A stretch of 64,000 nt of DNA from Halocafeteria seosinensis (Eukaryota), in contig LVLI01000338.1 of NCBI GenBank assembly GCA_001687465.1, forward strand, positions 1 through 64,000, read 5' to 3'. A model generated the notes under the pieces. The model was not told where the DNA came from, ran no database searches, and worked only from the letters and a program-made list of their open reading frames with translations. A program made the position numbers and the translations under genes. Below are positions 21,873-32,487 of this stretch, piece by piece. The stretch's first letter is position 1, and each line of letters opens with the position of its first letter.

Positions 21873-24800
21873 TCATCGATTTCCTCTGTGCCGGCGAGCG
21901 AAACGTTGCCGCCGTAACTCTGAAAGAGTAGTCTTGCTTTTCGTGGCTACCTGAAGCACGCTTGGGCCAGTCGGAGCAATATGATTTAGCGATTGTGGCC
22001 GTGATCCTCTTTTCTTGGAGTTTTCAGTTGAGGTGTCGGAAGGAAGTACTGGAGTAAATTCTTTCCTCCAATGACTTCTTGGGTTCGACACGCGGCGATG
22101 GTCTTTGGCTTCGCGTGATAGCACGTCCCTCATACTGCCTTGGTGTCGGCGCCTCTTCGCTCTCTCGGAGAGAGGGTGAATGACTCCCTTTTGAATTTTG
22201 CCTCTAACTTGTCTGCTCTGAGGAGACGTCACCCCTAGTCCTCCTTGTTGATGACCATGCTTTGCTTGGTTGGCTGACAGCATTCTTAAGTTGGATCCCT
22301 TTGCTGCGGCGAATGCCAGTGTGCTCGCTTGAGAAGTACCTGAAGAGCCAACCCGATTAAACGAGGAACGACCTCTTGGAGCTGCTCTTTCACTGGATTT
22401 ATTGTCCTCTCCAGTGTCGACAGTAACCAATGGGGGAGGCTCAGCGAGAAGTTTTGCCTTCCACTGCCTCAATTTAAGCCTCGTTTTGTCTGCACTGCGC
22501 ATGTCCGCTGTATTGATTTGGCTAACCAGCGCCACCTGCACGGGTTCATGACTTGCACTATGTTTTGTCGCCGAGTCCAGCTTTGGTGCTGTTACTGATA
22601 CCACACGGACACTATCAGCAGCCGAAGAGGCACCCGACGTATACCCACAGAGGTCCACAAATAACACTAGCGGACTGCTTCCCGGGGAATTAGCAGCGAC
22701 TGCCGTATTTGCATTCATTTTGTCTATTCGTGTCTCACCTGAGCATGCCCTGGTTCTTGTAACACTCCGCTGCACCGCTCTTCGTTGTGAAAGTGCAAAG
22801 GCATCTGATGTTTGTTTTTGATCACCATCGTTCAAGGGATTGATACACGTCGCCTTGTTTGCTGGGTTTGCCAAAGGATTGACATTAACAAGCCCACTTT
22901 CTCCAATAGCGGCTTTGGACTTGACTTCTGAACTCTGTTTAGCTTCCAAGGCGCCAATCGGCGTTGCCAAGAAACTGCTGTGTTGGCTACCATCTGCTTG
23001 CATTTCTTTAAAGCCCCCCAGTGCCGTAGACTGTTGTATACTTGAGGACAGCTTGAAGCTTTCCACAGGTATCCCCAGCTGAGCTGCATATAAGTGTCGA
23101 GGGTCAGTGGTATCCCGTGCCATACTCGTATTTCGTCGCCTCTTAAAGACAATCAAAATAAGAATCACTAGCAGTAGCATAGAGAACACGGAAATCATCG
23201 CAACTTGAGCTGGTACCGGCACTAGCTCAGCCTGCTGTGACGACACACTACTGAGAACCTCAGTTTCCGTCGAAGCAGTGGGTGTAGGTGAACTTGACTC
23301 AGCCACTGTTCCATTACCATGCGGGGCTGAACCACTAGCAAGAATCGGAGAAGGACTGCTTGTTAGGTTGGAGGCGCTTCCGTTAGCAAGGGAAGAAGAC
23401 GTATTGGCTGAAGACGCTGTAGGAGAAACCGTCGTCGATACTCTTATACCAAGATGTTTCGATGCACTGGGATGGCTAAAAGCCGATGCCCCCATCAAGT
23501 CCGACTGTACAGGTGCAGCAGTAAAGGAAGAGTTTCCAGCAACGACTGCTGCACTCTTTGTGGCATTAATGCTCCAAACGAGCATCGCAGAAGTGTTGAA
23601 ATTTGCTCCAGAGGGTGCTGGACTTACATGAGCAGAAAACCCTGACGGTGATGCAGACGCACCGGCTGGACTGTCTAATGAGACAGTTTCAACTGGGTCG
23701 GCACTTTTTCCGGTTGTGTTGCTATCTAAACCTGATGAGCTTTCATTAAAGGCGCTAGCAGTTGCGACAGTTCCAGTTCTCGAAACCTTGGGTGTTTGCA
23801 TGATCAATTCACTACTTGATGACCCTGATGATTCGTTGATCGAGCTCAATGAATCATTGGGAGATTGAGAAGGCCTCACTAGATCAACCCTGCTACTGGT
23901 AGCCGCGCTGCTGAGAGGAGTCCAAATAGACTCCGGATATGCAGTACGTTGTACTAGAGAATGGGTACTTGCGATACTCGTTATTGCTTCAGTTGCATTT
24001 GCCCTTCTTGTCGAAGTTGGGCTAACCGTGCTTGAATCCGCTGAGGCCGAGGATGACGCAGCCGTCATTGGTGTGTTGGACCTGCTGACAAAACGATGCA
24101 TAGTACTGTTGTTGCTTTGGAAAGTGAAGGAAGCGTGAGTCGGCGTTGGACTTCCTGCTCTTGAAGAAGAACTGGTAGACGAACTTGGCACACTCTCGAG
24201 AGGGGTGCTTGATGTGGACGGCGTGCTCGCGAGAGTTGAGCTTCTGGATACCGTATCGGAAATTGATGCGTTTGAAGAAGGTGAGCTAAAGCTAGTATTA
24301 GACGCTGGACTCGTAGCAGCAGCAGCTGTATCGCCTGGCATAGTAGAAACAATATCACTGAAGTTTGATGATGTCGCAATACTAAAGCCAAAGGTTGCCA
24401 CAGTGGGGCCAAAAGCGGTCGGAATAATGGAGATCGATGGGGAAATGCTGCGAGGGCTGCTCGTCGAAGCAGTACCGCTGCTGGTGCTAGACCGAGTTTC
24501 AGTCGGTATGTCCATGCTAGATACTAACGGAGGCGAGTAAATCACAGAGGATGAGACAGTTGATATCCGTGACCCTGACGGGGTTATAGTTGGTGAACTA
24601 GTTTCCGATTGCTCCGCCGTAGGACTAGCCGCTTTGGCAGTTGAATGCGTCGGTGAGTCGGACGGATCCCTAGAGCTAGTTGTTGAGAATGAAGCAGATG
24701 AGCTTTCTGCTGTTGCCGCACTGGTGCTTTGTGAGACAGGTATCGAGTTAGCGGAAGTAGCTGAGGCACTCATTGTCCATAGCATATCTGATTTTGTAGA

Positions 24801-27800
24801 GGAGCTAGACTCACTGGGCGACGTAGAAACGAATGCCCTTGATGAGATGGAGCCGCTACTTGTGGGACTTGAGCTACCCTTTGACGATGTTGATCTTGAG
24901 CAGCTTGGTGACGAGAATGGACTTGTGGAAACAGATAAGTTTGACGTAGAAGATTCACTGCTGTTTGCACTGTCCGTTGTGATCTGCGTTTCCGACGGAC
25001 TACTGGACGATGTCGAGGTAACGTGTGGGGTTGACGCGAACGGTCCAGTACATGTAGGGCTGGTGCTCTGCTTTTCCGATGGAATAATTGACGGCGTCGG
25101 AGAGCTTGGCTCGCTTGATGATGATGATGGGCTCTTGGAAACCGATGGGGTCGACGCGAACGACCCACTACTTGTTGGACTAGCCATTGCGCTCTGAGTC
25201 GGTGATGGGTTGATTGACGTAGTCGAAGAGCTTGACCAGTTTGGTGAAGAGGACGATGCCTTGGAAATGGAGGACGTGGGCGTCAATGATCCACTACTTG
25301 TTGCGCTCTGCGACGTGGCTGACGAACTTGACGAGCTTGAAGACGAAAGAGTCGTGGTAGCGGATGAGGTCACAGTGGATGACTCGCTACCTGCAGGACT
25401 CTTGAGAGAGCTCTGCGTGCCCGATTCACTACTCGTAGGACTCTTGGTAGCGCTCCACCTTTCTGATGGAGTAGCTAACGACGTTGAAGGGCTGAACTCC
25501 TTTGGTGTTAACAATGGGCTCTTGGAAACGGAAGAAGTCGCCATGAGGGATCCAGTACTTGTTGAACTAACTGTTCCGCTCTTAGTTGCTGACGGAGTGT
25601 TTGACGTGCTCACGGAACTCGAGGAGCTTGGCGGGGAAGACGGAATCTCTGAAATTGATGAGGTCGGCGTTGTGAATGCACTCTTTGTAGTACTTGTGGT
25701 GGCCGAGAGAGTGTTTGACATGGTCGAGGAGCTTGACCAACTTGGCGAAGAAGATGGATACTCGGAAACCAATGAGGTCGGTATGAATGATCCGCTCCCT
25801 GTAGGAATTGTGGTGACTGAGGGAGTGTTTGACCTGGTCGCGGAGCTTGACCAACTTGGCGAAGAAGATGAATTTTCGGAAACCGATGCGTTCGGTGGGA
25901 ATGATCCGCTCCCTGTCGGGCTTTTGGTGGCCCTTTGTGCGCCGGTTGGAGTGTTTGGCGTCATTGACGAGTTTGACCATCTTGACGAAGAAGATGGAGT
26001 CTCGCAAAGGGATGAGCTCGGCGTCAAAGATCCACTCCTTGTATAACTTGCGGTGGCGCTATGCGTTTCTGTAGGAGTGTTCGGAGCGCTCAAGGAGCTT
26101 GACCCGCTCGGTGAAAACGACGAAGTCTCGGAAGCGGAGGAAGTAGGCGTGAAAGACCCACTCCGTGTTGAACTTGTGCTGACACTGTGTGTTGCTGACG
26201 GAGTATTTGACATGGTCGAGGAGCTTGACCCGCTCGGTGAAAACAACGAAGTCTCGGAAACGGAGGAAGTAGGCGTGAAAGACGAAGTCTCGGAAACGGA
26301 GAAAGTAGGCGTGAAAGACTCACTCCGTGTTGGACTTGTGCTGATACTGTGTGTTGCTGACGGAGTATTTGACATGGTCGAGGAGCTTGACCCGCTCGGT
26401 GAAAACGACGAAGTCTCGGAAACGGAGAAAGTAGGCGTGTAAGACTCACTCCGTGTTGGACTTGTACTGACACTGTGTGTTGCTGACGGAGTATTTGACA
26501 TGGTCGAGGAGCTTGACCCGCTCGGTGAAAACGACGAAGTCTCGGAAACGGAGAACGTAGGAGTGGAAGACTCACTCCGTGTTGGACTTGTGCTGACACG
26601 GTGTGTTGCTGACGGAGTATTTGACATGGTCGAGGAGCCTGAGCCACTCGGTGAAAACGACGAAGTCTCGGAAACGGAGGAAGTAGGCGTGAAAGACTCA
26701 CCCCGTGTTGGACTTGTGCTGACGCTGTGTGTTGCTGACGGAGTATTCGACATGGTCGAGGAGCTTGAGCAGCTTGGGGACGAGGACGGAGTCTTCGAGG
26801 CTGATGACGTCGACGTTGGAGTGTCACTATTTGTTGCGCTCTGTGATGCCAACGCAAGATTTGATACTGTGGAGGAGCTTGACCCGCTTCGTGATAAAGA
26901 TGGCGTTGTCGAAGAGCTGGAGGTTGCGGTCCTCGTTACCGGTGGAGTTTCTGATGCTGCTGTAGCGCTAGACCAGCTGGGTGATGACGATGAAGTAATC
27001 GATCTCGATTTTGTTGCTATGGATGATTCACTACTGCTGGGGCTCCTTGACTCAGTCGTGGTTGGGGTGGTTGAGCTTGAAATTGAAGGGGTAGATGTGA
27101 TCGTCCTCGACGGACACAGAGAGTCTTCATACTTCGGAGGTATATCTAATAAATTTTCCTGCAATTCGGGGAAAGGATAATCACTTGTGTGTTGGCGAAA
27201 AACCCATATAGAAGAGGGCCACTTGTAATCTTCACGGCGATAAAGCTGACCCCTGATACGATTTAAATCACCTGAGTTGCCTTCGTTCGTGAACGTTGCC
27301 TCGTCTTCCATGTCGTTCACGAGCCTCGTTTTGTCTGTACTGCCGTCGCTGGTATCAGCACTGTGAACTGAGTACGTTACACTGACTTCTGCCTCAGAAG
27401 AGACACCCCCTATCAAGAACGACACAGGGCAAGATAACGCATATACATTTCTCACATGCACTATACCACCGCTGGTCCCCGTTGCCGCTCCACATATGGT
27501 ACCTCCATTCGTTCCTCTGTCTCTAATAGCTCCTGTGGTGTAGCAGTTCTGAATTTCAACGCTGCTCTGGTCTCCGTTAGCTGTTTGGACACCGCTAATA
27601 CCACCTGCCCTGTCACCTAAAACATCTCCGGTAGCAAAACATTGGGATACGACAACCGTTCCAAGTGAAGCTGCTGCGCGAGCGCCGCATAGTCCCCCGG
27701 CACCATCGCCTACAATATTTCCAGTTGAATAGCTTTTGGTTATTTCCCCAAAACCTTCCGTTCCAGCACCGGAACCAGCGATACCTCCACTCATTACTCC

Positions 27801-29888
27801 CTTAATCTCGCCATTAGAACTACAATGATCGACTTTGAAGTACTGCTGTCCATGCCGAATAATGAATCCCCCATCTGCAGCCGTGCTGCCCTTCCGCGTG
27901 TGCACATTTTTTATGATAGGAGCCGTTTCGCGGGAATGGACATTGGTATTGACAACAAATATCCCTGGGAACTCCTGAAATCCCTCCAAGTCCGTAACGT
28001 ATCCTTGCCCGTCAAAGGTCTGACTGGAATTCAGGAAGATGGGACTATTATTTGTATCCCTCCATTTGATATCGCATATTTGCACTAACAGCTTTGATTC
28101 GTCACATTTTGTGATACAGTCCACATCATCTCGAATTTTCCCGCAGCGAATGCACTCCGTTTGTTCGGTATCAGGTTCATACCCCCGGGGGCATTCCCGG
28201 CATTCTAGGTCTTGCTCATCGGCAACTGTACCAAACGGACACTGTACACACACTGTTCTGTCTTCATCTGGTTCCTCTCCTTGTTCGCATTCGCGGCATT
28301 CGAAATCTTCCTCACCAGCAACTGTACCGGACGGACATGGTATGCACTCTTTTCTGTCTTTGTCTGGTTGCTCTCCTTGTTCGCATTCGTGGCAATCTGA
28401 ACTGGATTCCTCAGCAACAGTACCTGCGGGACATGATTCGCATGTCGCCTGGTTCTCCTTTGGCTTTTCACCATGCGAACAGGAGTGACACTCAGACTCA
28501 GCCATAGTAGACACCTGATGTACCGGGCAGTCTGTGCATTCATCGTGATCCTCCGTGGGCTGGAAACCTACTCCACAGGCTTTGCACTTCATGTCTTGCT
28601 CTGGTCCACACAACGGTTCCGGATTTCTTCGTAAAAGTGGAAAGTGACGTAATGCACGCTCAGGAGGGATAAACCAAACCGCATCTGACCAGATTTGGTC
28701 GTCGTTAGTTTCGTAGAGTCGGTTCCGAATAACCTCCACAGTATCACAATTTCCCTCCATTTCAAGGATTTCTGCAGGCCAGTCCACATCCGAATCGATT
28801 ATGCGCTCCACCGAACGATGCACAGAGAACTTAACGGTCACTCTTTGTGGTGGGTCTCCACCTGATGTTCCAATGCCTCCAATCATATATGGTCTTTCTT
28901 CTGAGAGCATGTATGTGTTTTCGATCGTCACCATGCCACCATGGATCGCCGTTTTGGCTCCACATATTCCACCAGTGTTGGTATTGCTTTTAAGGATCCC
29001 TGTGGAATATGAGTCACGTATATCGAGATCTCCTTCGCTATGTGCTGCGCCGGCACCTGTCAATCCTCCAGAGTCTTCCCCCGCAATATCTCCCGTGGAG
29101 AAACACTGGGATATGTCTAGATCACCACCATCTCTACCAGCGTTCGCTCCCACGATACCACCCGCACGGTCTCCTTCAATTGTACCAGTGGAATGAGAAC
29201 GCTTTATCGAAGCTTTCCCTTCGTATGCACTATCGGCACCGGCGATTCCGCCACTTCCCTCTCCCGCTATCGTTCCTGTCGAGCTGCAACTATCGACTTT
29301 GAAAAACTGTTGCTCCACTTGAACAACAAAGCCAGCTCTAGCAGCCGTAGAGCCCCCAATAATGCGCACATTTTTTATAGTCGGGGCATCTTCAAAGCTT
29401 TTCACCTCAGAGCTTATTTTGAATAAACCAATGAATGACTCCACCTCTCCCAAATCTATTTTATACCCTTGTCCGTTGAAGCTCTCCCTGGGTTTCAGCA
29501 AGATGTAATCGTCATTTTCGTAGTCTCCCCACTCAATGCTATCCGTTTGAAGTAACTGGCCATGTTCGTCAGATTTAATCCAACCAACCTCATTCCTCAA
29601 ATTCGTCATGCTACATATTAGCGGTGGAGCGAAACACAGCAGTAAGAACACTAGTAAGTGGACGCTACTTGGTGATACTCTCGGGAGTCGGCGTCGCTGG
29701 GACTGTAAAGCAGGACAGTGAGCTAAAGATGACGATTTTCTGTTAGACTGCACATTCCTACGGTAGCATCCCAGCTTTGAGTCTTCCTCTTCTACACGAA
29801 TCCGCAGTGCATGTTGCACGACCACCACCAAAGCATCAAGTGCTAGCAAGAGGCGACTCAAATAAGCACTGGAGCCAACATTCATCAT
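21873..29888 (-). CDS. Family member D: 2671 aa single-pass protein (2 GLUG-like modules separated by Cys-rich repeats, very long mucin stalk, TM, conserved tail)
   Basis: Signal VHLLVFLLLCFAPPLICS. SFNGQGYKIDL and TFDGQGYVTDL module starts, with GGIxG repeats. TM VAMISVFSMLLLVILILIVF-KRRR. Tail LYAAQLGIP, VNPL, LFVDL, VRVVSVTAP, RLKLRQWKAKLLAEPPPLV, RKEFTP. Confidence 0.9.
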   Translation of the reverse strand: MMNVGSSAYLSRLLLALDALVVVVQHALRIRVEEEDSKLGCYRRNVQSNRKSSSLAHCPALQSQRRRLPRVSPSSVHLLVFLLLCFAPPLICSMTNLRNEVGWIKSDEHGQLLQTDSIEWGDYENDDYILLKPRESFNGQGYKIDLGEVESFIGLFKISSEVKSFEDAPTIKNVRIIGGSTAARAGFVVQVEQQFFKVDSCSSTGTIAGEGSGGIAGADSAYEGKASIKRSHSTGTIEGDRAGGIVGANAGRDGGDLDISQCFSTGDIAGEDSGGLTGAGAAHSEGDLDIRDSYSTGILKSNTNTGGICGAKTAIHGGMVTIENTYMLSEERPYMIGGIGTSGGDPPQRVTVKFSVHRSVERIIDSDVDWPAEILEMEGNCDTVEVIRNRLYETNDDQIWSDAVWFIPPERALRHFPLLRRNPEPLCGPEQDMKCKACGVGFQPTEDHDECTDCPVHQVSTMAESECHSCSHGEKPKENQATCESCPAGTVAEESSSDCHECEQGEQPDKDRKECIPCPSGTVAGEEDFECRECEQGEEPDEDRTVCVQCPFGTVADEQDLECRECPRGYEPDTEQTECIRCGKIRDDVDCITKCDESKLLVQICDIKWRDTNNSPIFLNSSQTFDGQGYVTDLEGFQEFPGIFVVNTNVHSRETAPIIKNVHTRKGSTAADGGFIIRHGQQYFKVDHCSSNGEIKGVMSGGIAGSGAGTEGFGEITKSYSTGNIVGDGAGGLCGARAAASLGTVVVSQCFATGDVLGDRAGGISGVQTANGDQSSVEIQNCYTTGAIRDRGTNGGTICGAATGTSGGIVHVRNVYALSCPVSFLIGGVSSEAEVSVTYSVHSADTSDGSTDKTRLVNDMEDEATFTNEGNSGDLNRIRGQLYRREDYKWPSSIWVFRQHTSDYPFPELQENLLDIPPKYEDSLCPSRTITSTPSISSSTTPTTTESRSPSSSESSIATKSRSITSSSSPSWSSATAASETPPVTRTATSSSSTTPSLSRSGSSSSTVSNLALASQSATNSDTPTSTSSASKTPSSSPSCSSSSTMSNTPSATHSVSTSPTRGESFTPTSSVSETSSFSPSGSGSSTMSNTPSATHRVSTSPTRSESSTPTFSVSETSSFSPSGSSSSTMSNTPSATHSVSTSPTRSESYTPTFSVSETSSFSPSGSSSSTMSNTPSATHSISTSPTRSESFTPTFSVSETSSFTPTSSVSETSLFSPSGSSSSTMSNTPSATHSVSTSSTRSGSFTPTSSASETSSFSPSGSSSLSAPNTPTETHSATASYTRSGSLTPSSSLCETPSSSSRWSNSSMTPNTPTGAQRATKSPTGSGSFPPNASVSENSSSSPSWSSSATRSNTPSVTTIPTGSGSFIPTSLVSEYPSSSPSWSSSSTMSNTLSATTSTTKSAFTTPTSSISEIPSSPPSSSSSVSTSNTPSATKSGTVSSTSTGSLMATSSVSKSPLLTPKEFSPSTSLATPSERWSATKSPTSSESGTQSSLKSPAGSESSTVTSSATTTLSSSSSSSSSATSQSATSSGSLTPTSSISKASSSSPNWSSSSTTSINPSPTQSAMASPTSSGSFASTPSVSKSPSSSSSEPSSPTPSIIPSEKQSTSPTCTGPFASTPHVTSTSSSSPSETQITTDSANSSESSTSNLSVSTSPFSSPSCSRSTSSKGSSSPTSSGSISSRAFVSTSPSESSSSTKSDMLWTMSASATSANSIPVSQSTSAATAESSSASFSTTSSRDPSDSPTHSTAKAASPTAEQSETSSPTITPSGSRISTVSSSVIYSPPLVSSMDIPTETRSSTSSGTASTSSPRSISPSISIIPTAFGPTVATFGFSIATSSNFSDIVSTMPGDTAAAATSPASNTSFSSPSSNASISDTVSRSSTLASTPSTSSTPLESVPSSSTSSSSRAGSPTPTHASFTFQSNNSTMHRFVSRSNTPMTAASSSASADSSTVSPTSTRRANATEAITSIASTHSLVQRTAYPESIWTPLSSAATSSRVDLVRPSQSPNDSLSSINESSGSSSSELIMQTPKVSRTGTVATASAFNESSSGLDSNTTGKSADPVETVSLDSPAGASASPSGFSAHVSPAPSGANFNTSAMLVWSINATKSAAVVAGNSSFTAAPVQSDLMGASAFSHPSASKHLGIRVSTTVSPTASSANTSSSLANGSASNLTSSPSPILASGSAPHGNGTVAESSSPTPTASTETEVLSSVSSQQAELVPVPAQVAMISVFSMLLLVILILIVFKRRRNTSMARDTTDPRHLYAAQLGIPVESFKLSSSIQQSTALGGFKEMQADGSQHSSFLATPIGALEAKQSSEVKSKAAIGESGLVNVNPLANPANKATCINPLNDGDQKQTSDAFALSQRRAVQRSVTRTRACSGETRIDKMNANTAVAANSPGSSPLVLFVDLCGYTSGASSAADSVRVVSVTAPKLDSATKHSASHEPVQVALVSQINTADMRSADKTRLKLRQWKAKLLAEPPPLVTVDTGEDNKSSERAAPRGRSSFNRVGSSGTSQASTLAFAAAKGSNLRMLSANQAKHGHQQGGLGVTSPQSRQVRGKIQKGVIHPLSERAKRRRHQGSMRDVLSREAKDHRRVSNPRSHWRKEFTPVLPSDTSTENSKKRGSRPQSLNHIAPTGPSVLQVATKSKTTLSELRRQRFARRHRGNR
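26095..26770 (-). repeat. Coding tandem repeat, 126 bp (42 aa) x~5, one unit with an extra 36 bp
   Basis: gacatggtcgaggagc at 26209, 26371, 26497, 26623 and 26749; unit MSNTPSATHSVSTSPTRSESFTPTFSVSETSSFSPSGSSSST. Confidence 0.95.
28150..28590 (-). repeat. Cys-rich 32-aa (96 bp) repeats, GCC2/GCC3 or ephrin-receptor-like
   Basis: CPAGTVAEESSSDCHECEQGEQPDKDRKECIP / CPSGTVAGEEDFECRECEQGEEPDEDRTVCVQ / CPFGTVADEQDLECREC. Confidence 0.85.
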
Positions 29889-31067
29889 CCGCCACTAAAT
29901 TCCAAAGAAATAAAGAAGCCTCAGCCTCGATCTCAAGTAGTGCTAGTTAGCGGTTGATAGTTTGGTCATGTAAGAATAAGGATTTCTCCTTTGTTTCTTC
30001 CCGCACTACTTGGCAGGGAACCGGGAATTGGCTGTTTGTTGGCAAGACCGGCGGCAAAAAATAATCTCCCGATGTCCAACGACACCAGTCCCTTTCTCCT
30101 TGTTATAATCGACTCTTTTTTTTTCTCAATGTCCCCGGGTAATGAATATTAAAGCCATTAAAAAGTAGATCGATAAATATCCTGGGAAGACCATCTGCAA
30201 CGGTCCGTATTGCGAAATCGAACGGTCTATCGTTTTTTCTTTGTTGGCGAATCGTCGAAGGGGGGAAAGTGCGATAGCTTGTTCTCGCCCGCAAAGAACG
30301 ACCATAAAATGCGTATTTACAGATACAGAACCGACGTGGAACAATAAGTTTAAAAAACAGAGGGTCGTTATTCACAACAAAAACAATACATCATGAAGGT
30401 GTAGTCTTCGTGTTCGAGGCGCCCAGGGCGGGGCCGGGGGATCCCACCTGCGGAAGGACTCGTTCTTAATGCTCGAAGTGCGATGTAACCTAGCCATGAG
30501 CAAGGCGTATACGATTGCATCAGTCCTGCTGTTTGTGTCGCAAGTAGAAACAACGCAGAAAGACGGACAACTTGACGTGCGATTGAGCGGACACATCAAA
30601 CTTCCTCCCAAACTGACACCGACCTGCAGAAATGCAAGTGGCACCTCTCGGTGATAGTTAAATGAATTACACAAATGAATGGTCGTACTTATTTAAATCA
30701 TGATGCGCCATGAGAACAACGTGTCGCTGTAGGAATTCATACTACGTGAATGGCTTCAGTTTTCACAGCCATGGTATGTGCTGGCCAACAGTACTGAGTA
30801 AGATAGAGGAATTGTGGCAAACTATTGTGCATGCATAGTTGCTCGATTGGCGCTAAAAGTGGATACTTAACCCTTCAAAACTTCTGGCTATAGTCTCAAG
30901 GAAGACAAGAGTCATGATCGTTAGCACAGAAGGCATCCAACATCACGTCTTCCAAGTGCACTACTTTTTCTTGCACTGGACTTTCCGGGGTGGAATGAAT
31001 AGCGGCGCGTGCTAGAGCCGATTTCCGCTGTATTGAGCTCTCGTAATTTTCCTCTTTCCTCTTGCGC

Positions 31068-31760
31068 CTACCGGTGAGTTTGACTTGCTAGATTGGAGAG
31101 AACCCTGCGTCGTGTTGAATGCCTGTCTAAAACCGGCGATACAGAGTCCTTTGAGGAGCTTATCGATGGTAGTAGCGAAACCGAAGAAGTGGATGTAGGG
31201 GATCCACTGCTTGTGAGGTTTGTGATGGAGCATTCCGTTTCCGACGATAACAGTTCTGATGAGGAGGATGACATCGGTGTACAACTTGACCAGGTCGCTG
31301 ACAACCCACTCCTTGAATCCGTGACGGTAAGGAGTACCCGTCATCTATGGGTTTGTGTCACGTGAAACTGCGGAACTTGTGCAGCTCGTGCTTGCTTGCA
31401 ATCTCCGACTGCACCCTGTCTGATGCTTCCAATGTGACTACTGTTATTAGTGCTGATGACAATTCCTCTTTTGCAGCGGCAGGACAAGAGTGGCCGCACG
31501 TAAAATGCGACTTCCTCTGCCATTGGCAATTCAGAAAGAGACTAAAACAAAACCTTTTGCGTTCCAAGTAGCCAAACTCTCCAAGCCGGTCAGCAGGGTT
31601 CTCGGCTGGTACGCTATGATCTCTTGCCCGAACATTACGTACCGACATGTGCATCCTCAAGTGTGGAAGGGCGCACGCACATATACTGTCGATCGCACCG
31701 AGACCTATATCGTATTGTGCCACATTATTTTTTCTTTCATTGTACATAGAATGGTTTTGA
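31068..31760 (-). pseudogene. Heavily eroded family member, probably of the secreted type
   Basis: Across frames: YDIGLGAIDSI (cf. YKIDLGEVESF), TLEDAHV/VRNVR (cf. SFAEAPVVRNVH), GIVISTNNSSHIGSI, stalk TSSGSPTSTSSVS, and an end STRRRVL (cf. GTRRVLP of member B). Confidence 0.55.
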
Positions 31761-32487
31761 GGCTGGTCTAGTCTGTGACTGCGCCACGTGGCGGATGGTG
31801 ACACATGCTTCGCTGAGCTCGCTAAGTGAGTATAAGGAAATATTGAATGAGTGGGTACTTGATGGTCTAATCAAACACAATGACGTGTGAATTGGCTTCA
31901 TTCCGGCTAGTGGAGTACCATCGCGAATTCTCAGCAAATCTATTTCAATAATGTAGGTGCCGGGGTGTACGTTGCAGCATCGAGTACATTACTGATTCGT
32001 CGTTGCAACAGCGCTACAACTGCTATTTTGGGGCAACATTTGCCCTCAGATTAAATAAGAAATGCAAAACCTGCTGTATGGCATCAATCAACAATTTCTT
32101 CCTGTATTTTCTGGAGACTCCATTTTGAAACTTCAAACAGGCACCGCAGACGTATCGGACACGTGATTCAACCGGTTGTCACCCTTCACTTTGATGATGC
32201 TCAGCGATGCCTTCAAACCATTTCGACTTCGGGCCAGTTCCAGAACTAGGTCACGGACTATGCACTAGCGTCAATATACAAACGACAGAAATAGCTCAAT
32301 AGGCAAGTTCACATCACTTGGTTCGCCTCAGAGAATTAAACGTGTAAGGACTTCCTTACATCGGCGGAAGACTCACCAAATAACTGCATGCGATATTTGG
32401 CCAGTGGGACAGAGAATATGGGATTCATGTGTAAGCACTATGAAGGAACAGAGTATATGAATTCCATATCATCAGGAATGTTTTTGT

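Noticed and set aside
24205..27180. Val/Glu/Gly/Leu-rich ORFs on the opposite strand (also 138-698, 13460-15085, 43852-44577, 45816-46319)
   Set aside because: These are antisense shadows of Ser/Thr/Pro-rich stalk codons.
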